From assembly GCA_040954595.2 (NCBI GenBank), contig CM082576.2, positions 17,097,028 through 17,161,027 of the forward strand: a stretch of DNA of 64,000 nucleotides, written 5' to 3'. Position 1 is the stretch's first letter. Each line of letters begins with the position of its first letter. Shown here piece after piece: positions 62,585-64,000 of the stretch. The translations under genes and the position numbers were made by a program. The DNA comes from Balanoglossus misakiensis (taxonomy: Eukaryota > Animalia > Hemichordata). The notes beneath the pieces are model-generated. The model saw only the letters and a list, made by a program, of their open reading frames with translations. It searched no databases and was not told the DNA's origin.

Positions 62585-62793
62585 AATGTAAAATGGGTTA
62601 TTTTCGTGAGCAATAAATTTTCGCAAATATGCGAGAGCCAGAAACATGTTAAAATAAAAAGTTGCGTAAAATGCTTTCGAAGATAACGATGCAGTTAGTG
62701 AAGTACGAGAACACGAAAATTAATCCTCGCTTAACAGTTACCTGTTTTGATATCGCGAGAATTTCCTGTCACAAAAATAACCCGTTTTACAGT
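62585..62793. mobile_element. TA-type MITE related in structure to 32352-32559
   Basis: TGTAAAATGGGTTATTTTCGTGA ... TCACAAAAATAACCCGTTTTACAGTA. Confidence 0.7.
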
Positions 62794-64000
62794 AATAATC
62801 ATACTTGTAAGTTAATTCATAAAAGAATCTGATTGCAGCGAGACAATGTTTGAATCACTACTTCTCTGCACCTCAGCTCCAACTTTCATTGAGCAAAGTT
62901 TTCAGTATACAGTATTTGATTAATACCATTGTACATGTAGATGAGTGTAGATGATCTTGATCAACTAAGGTTTTGTGCTGTATGTTCATAGATACATGTT
63001 TATCCATAGGTCACTTTATTTGCATCTGTGTATATGCAACTCAGTGAAACAAGATGGCCATATTAAGTGTAGTTAATGGATTACACTACAGGTCAATTGA
63101 AACAGCAACATTTGTGATTTAAAAGGACTACGAGAGTGAAACACTTGCCTAAACGAATAATCGGTCTCTACCGTTTATTCATTTTGGCAAGATATGTTCA
63201 ACCACACACACCTTCCATCCTGCTAGTTGACACGAGAGTCATACAAGAGTCATACAAGTGGGATGGAAGTTGTGTGTGGTCAAATGTTGATCCACATGTA
63301 GAATAACATTAACGGTGTATTGTATCAAATATAATTAATGGAAAAGAAAGAGACTTTCCCTTTAAATGAAATGTCAACTCTTTCCCTCACATCAGACAAG
63401 ACGGTAATTCAGGTTTTTATTTCCTCTCCCCAGAGAATGAGCAGACTACAAGTCAAGTAGATGGAGATGTCTGCATTGGGATGCATCTGATACAGGTACC
63501 AGTACATCAGAACAAGGAAAAAAAACATCAAATAGATGCAGTTTTTCCCCTCATTGCGAGATCTTACTTGATTAATTACCGTGATATTAATGAGTTACTA
63601 GCCAATCTGCTAGTCGAGCTGTTTTACAGTATATTCTGTGTTCGGAAGGAAAGAAATATAATCAACTGAGAGGAAAACTGCACGCATTGGCTGAGATTTG
63701 CAGCGATTATTGCTAGCTCGGGTGCGGCCAAGATACAGTCAGTGTCACTTCGGCAGCTCAGTGCAGTGATGATTTACGTGTGTGAGCGTCTCGCCCGCAC
63801 CAGCCAAAACAAATATTGTTTAAGTCTCTTGGTCATATTAGGGGATTGACAGTCTTGTTTCTATACAGATGAAAGGGCGAAGAAAGCTACAACAATGTCG
63901 GACTCCTATGTTATGTGCGCTCAGAAGAAGGGCTGCTTCTCGAAAACGTCGTGGCGCTCCGATATTTCATCTAGAAAGTAAGTCCAAACAATGTCAAATA

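Overview
Repeat-dense animal genomic DNA (spliceosomal introns; the TE repertoire suggests a marine invertebrate, which is an inference). There is one clear host gene: a 4-exon NXPE3-like (neurexophilin/PC-esterase) gene at 8021-17026 (+), 556 aa, reconstructed with consistent splice phases. Almost everything else is nested mobile DNA. It includes a P-like element inside a TTAA/Kolobok-type element, and several LINEs (one full-length and intact at 53501-58207). Other elements are Academ-type elements, Helentron-type (HINE) arrays, a solo LTR, a pogo relic, an EnSpm-like element with a spliced BEN-domain gene, many MITEs and an 85-bp hairpin satellite. The most notable observations are: (1) two different RTEX-like LINEs whose ORF1 and ORF2 are in the same frame, separated by a single UAG, with no AUG in front of the endonuclease domain, which points to stop-codon readthrough; (2) a spliced transposase gene joining a THAP remnant, a RAG1-N-terminal/Chapa-type Zn domain and an Academ-like DDE core behind a TTAA-type end; (3) a spliced RPA70-like triple-OB-fold gene in a strongly strand-biased element. 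All family assignments come from motif recognition by eye; no database search was run.
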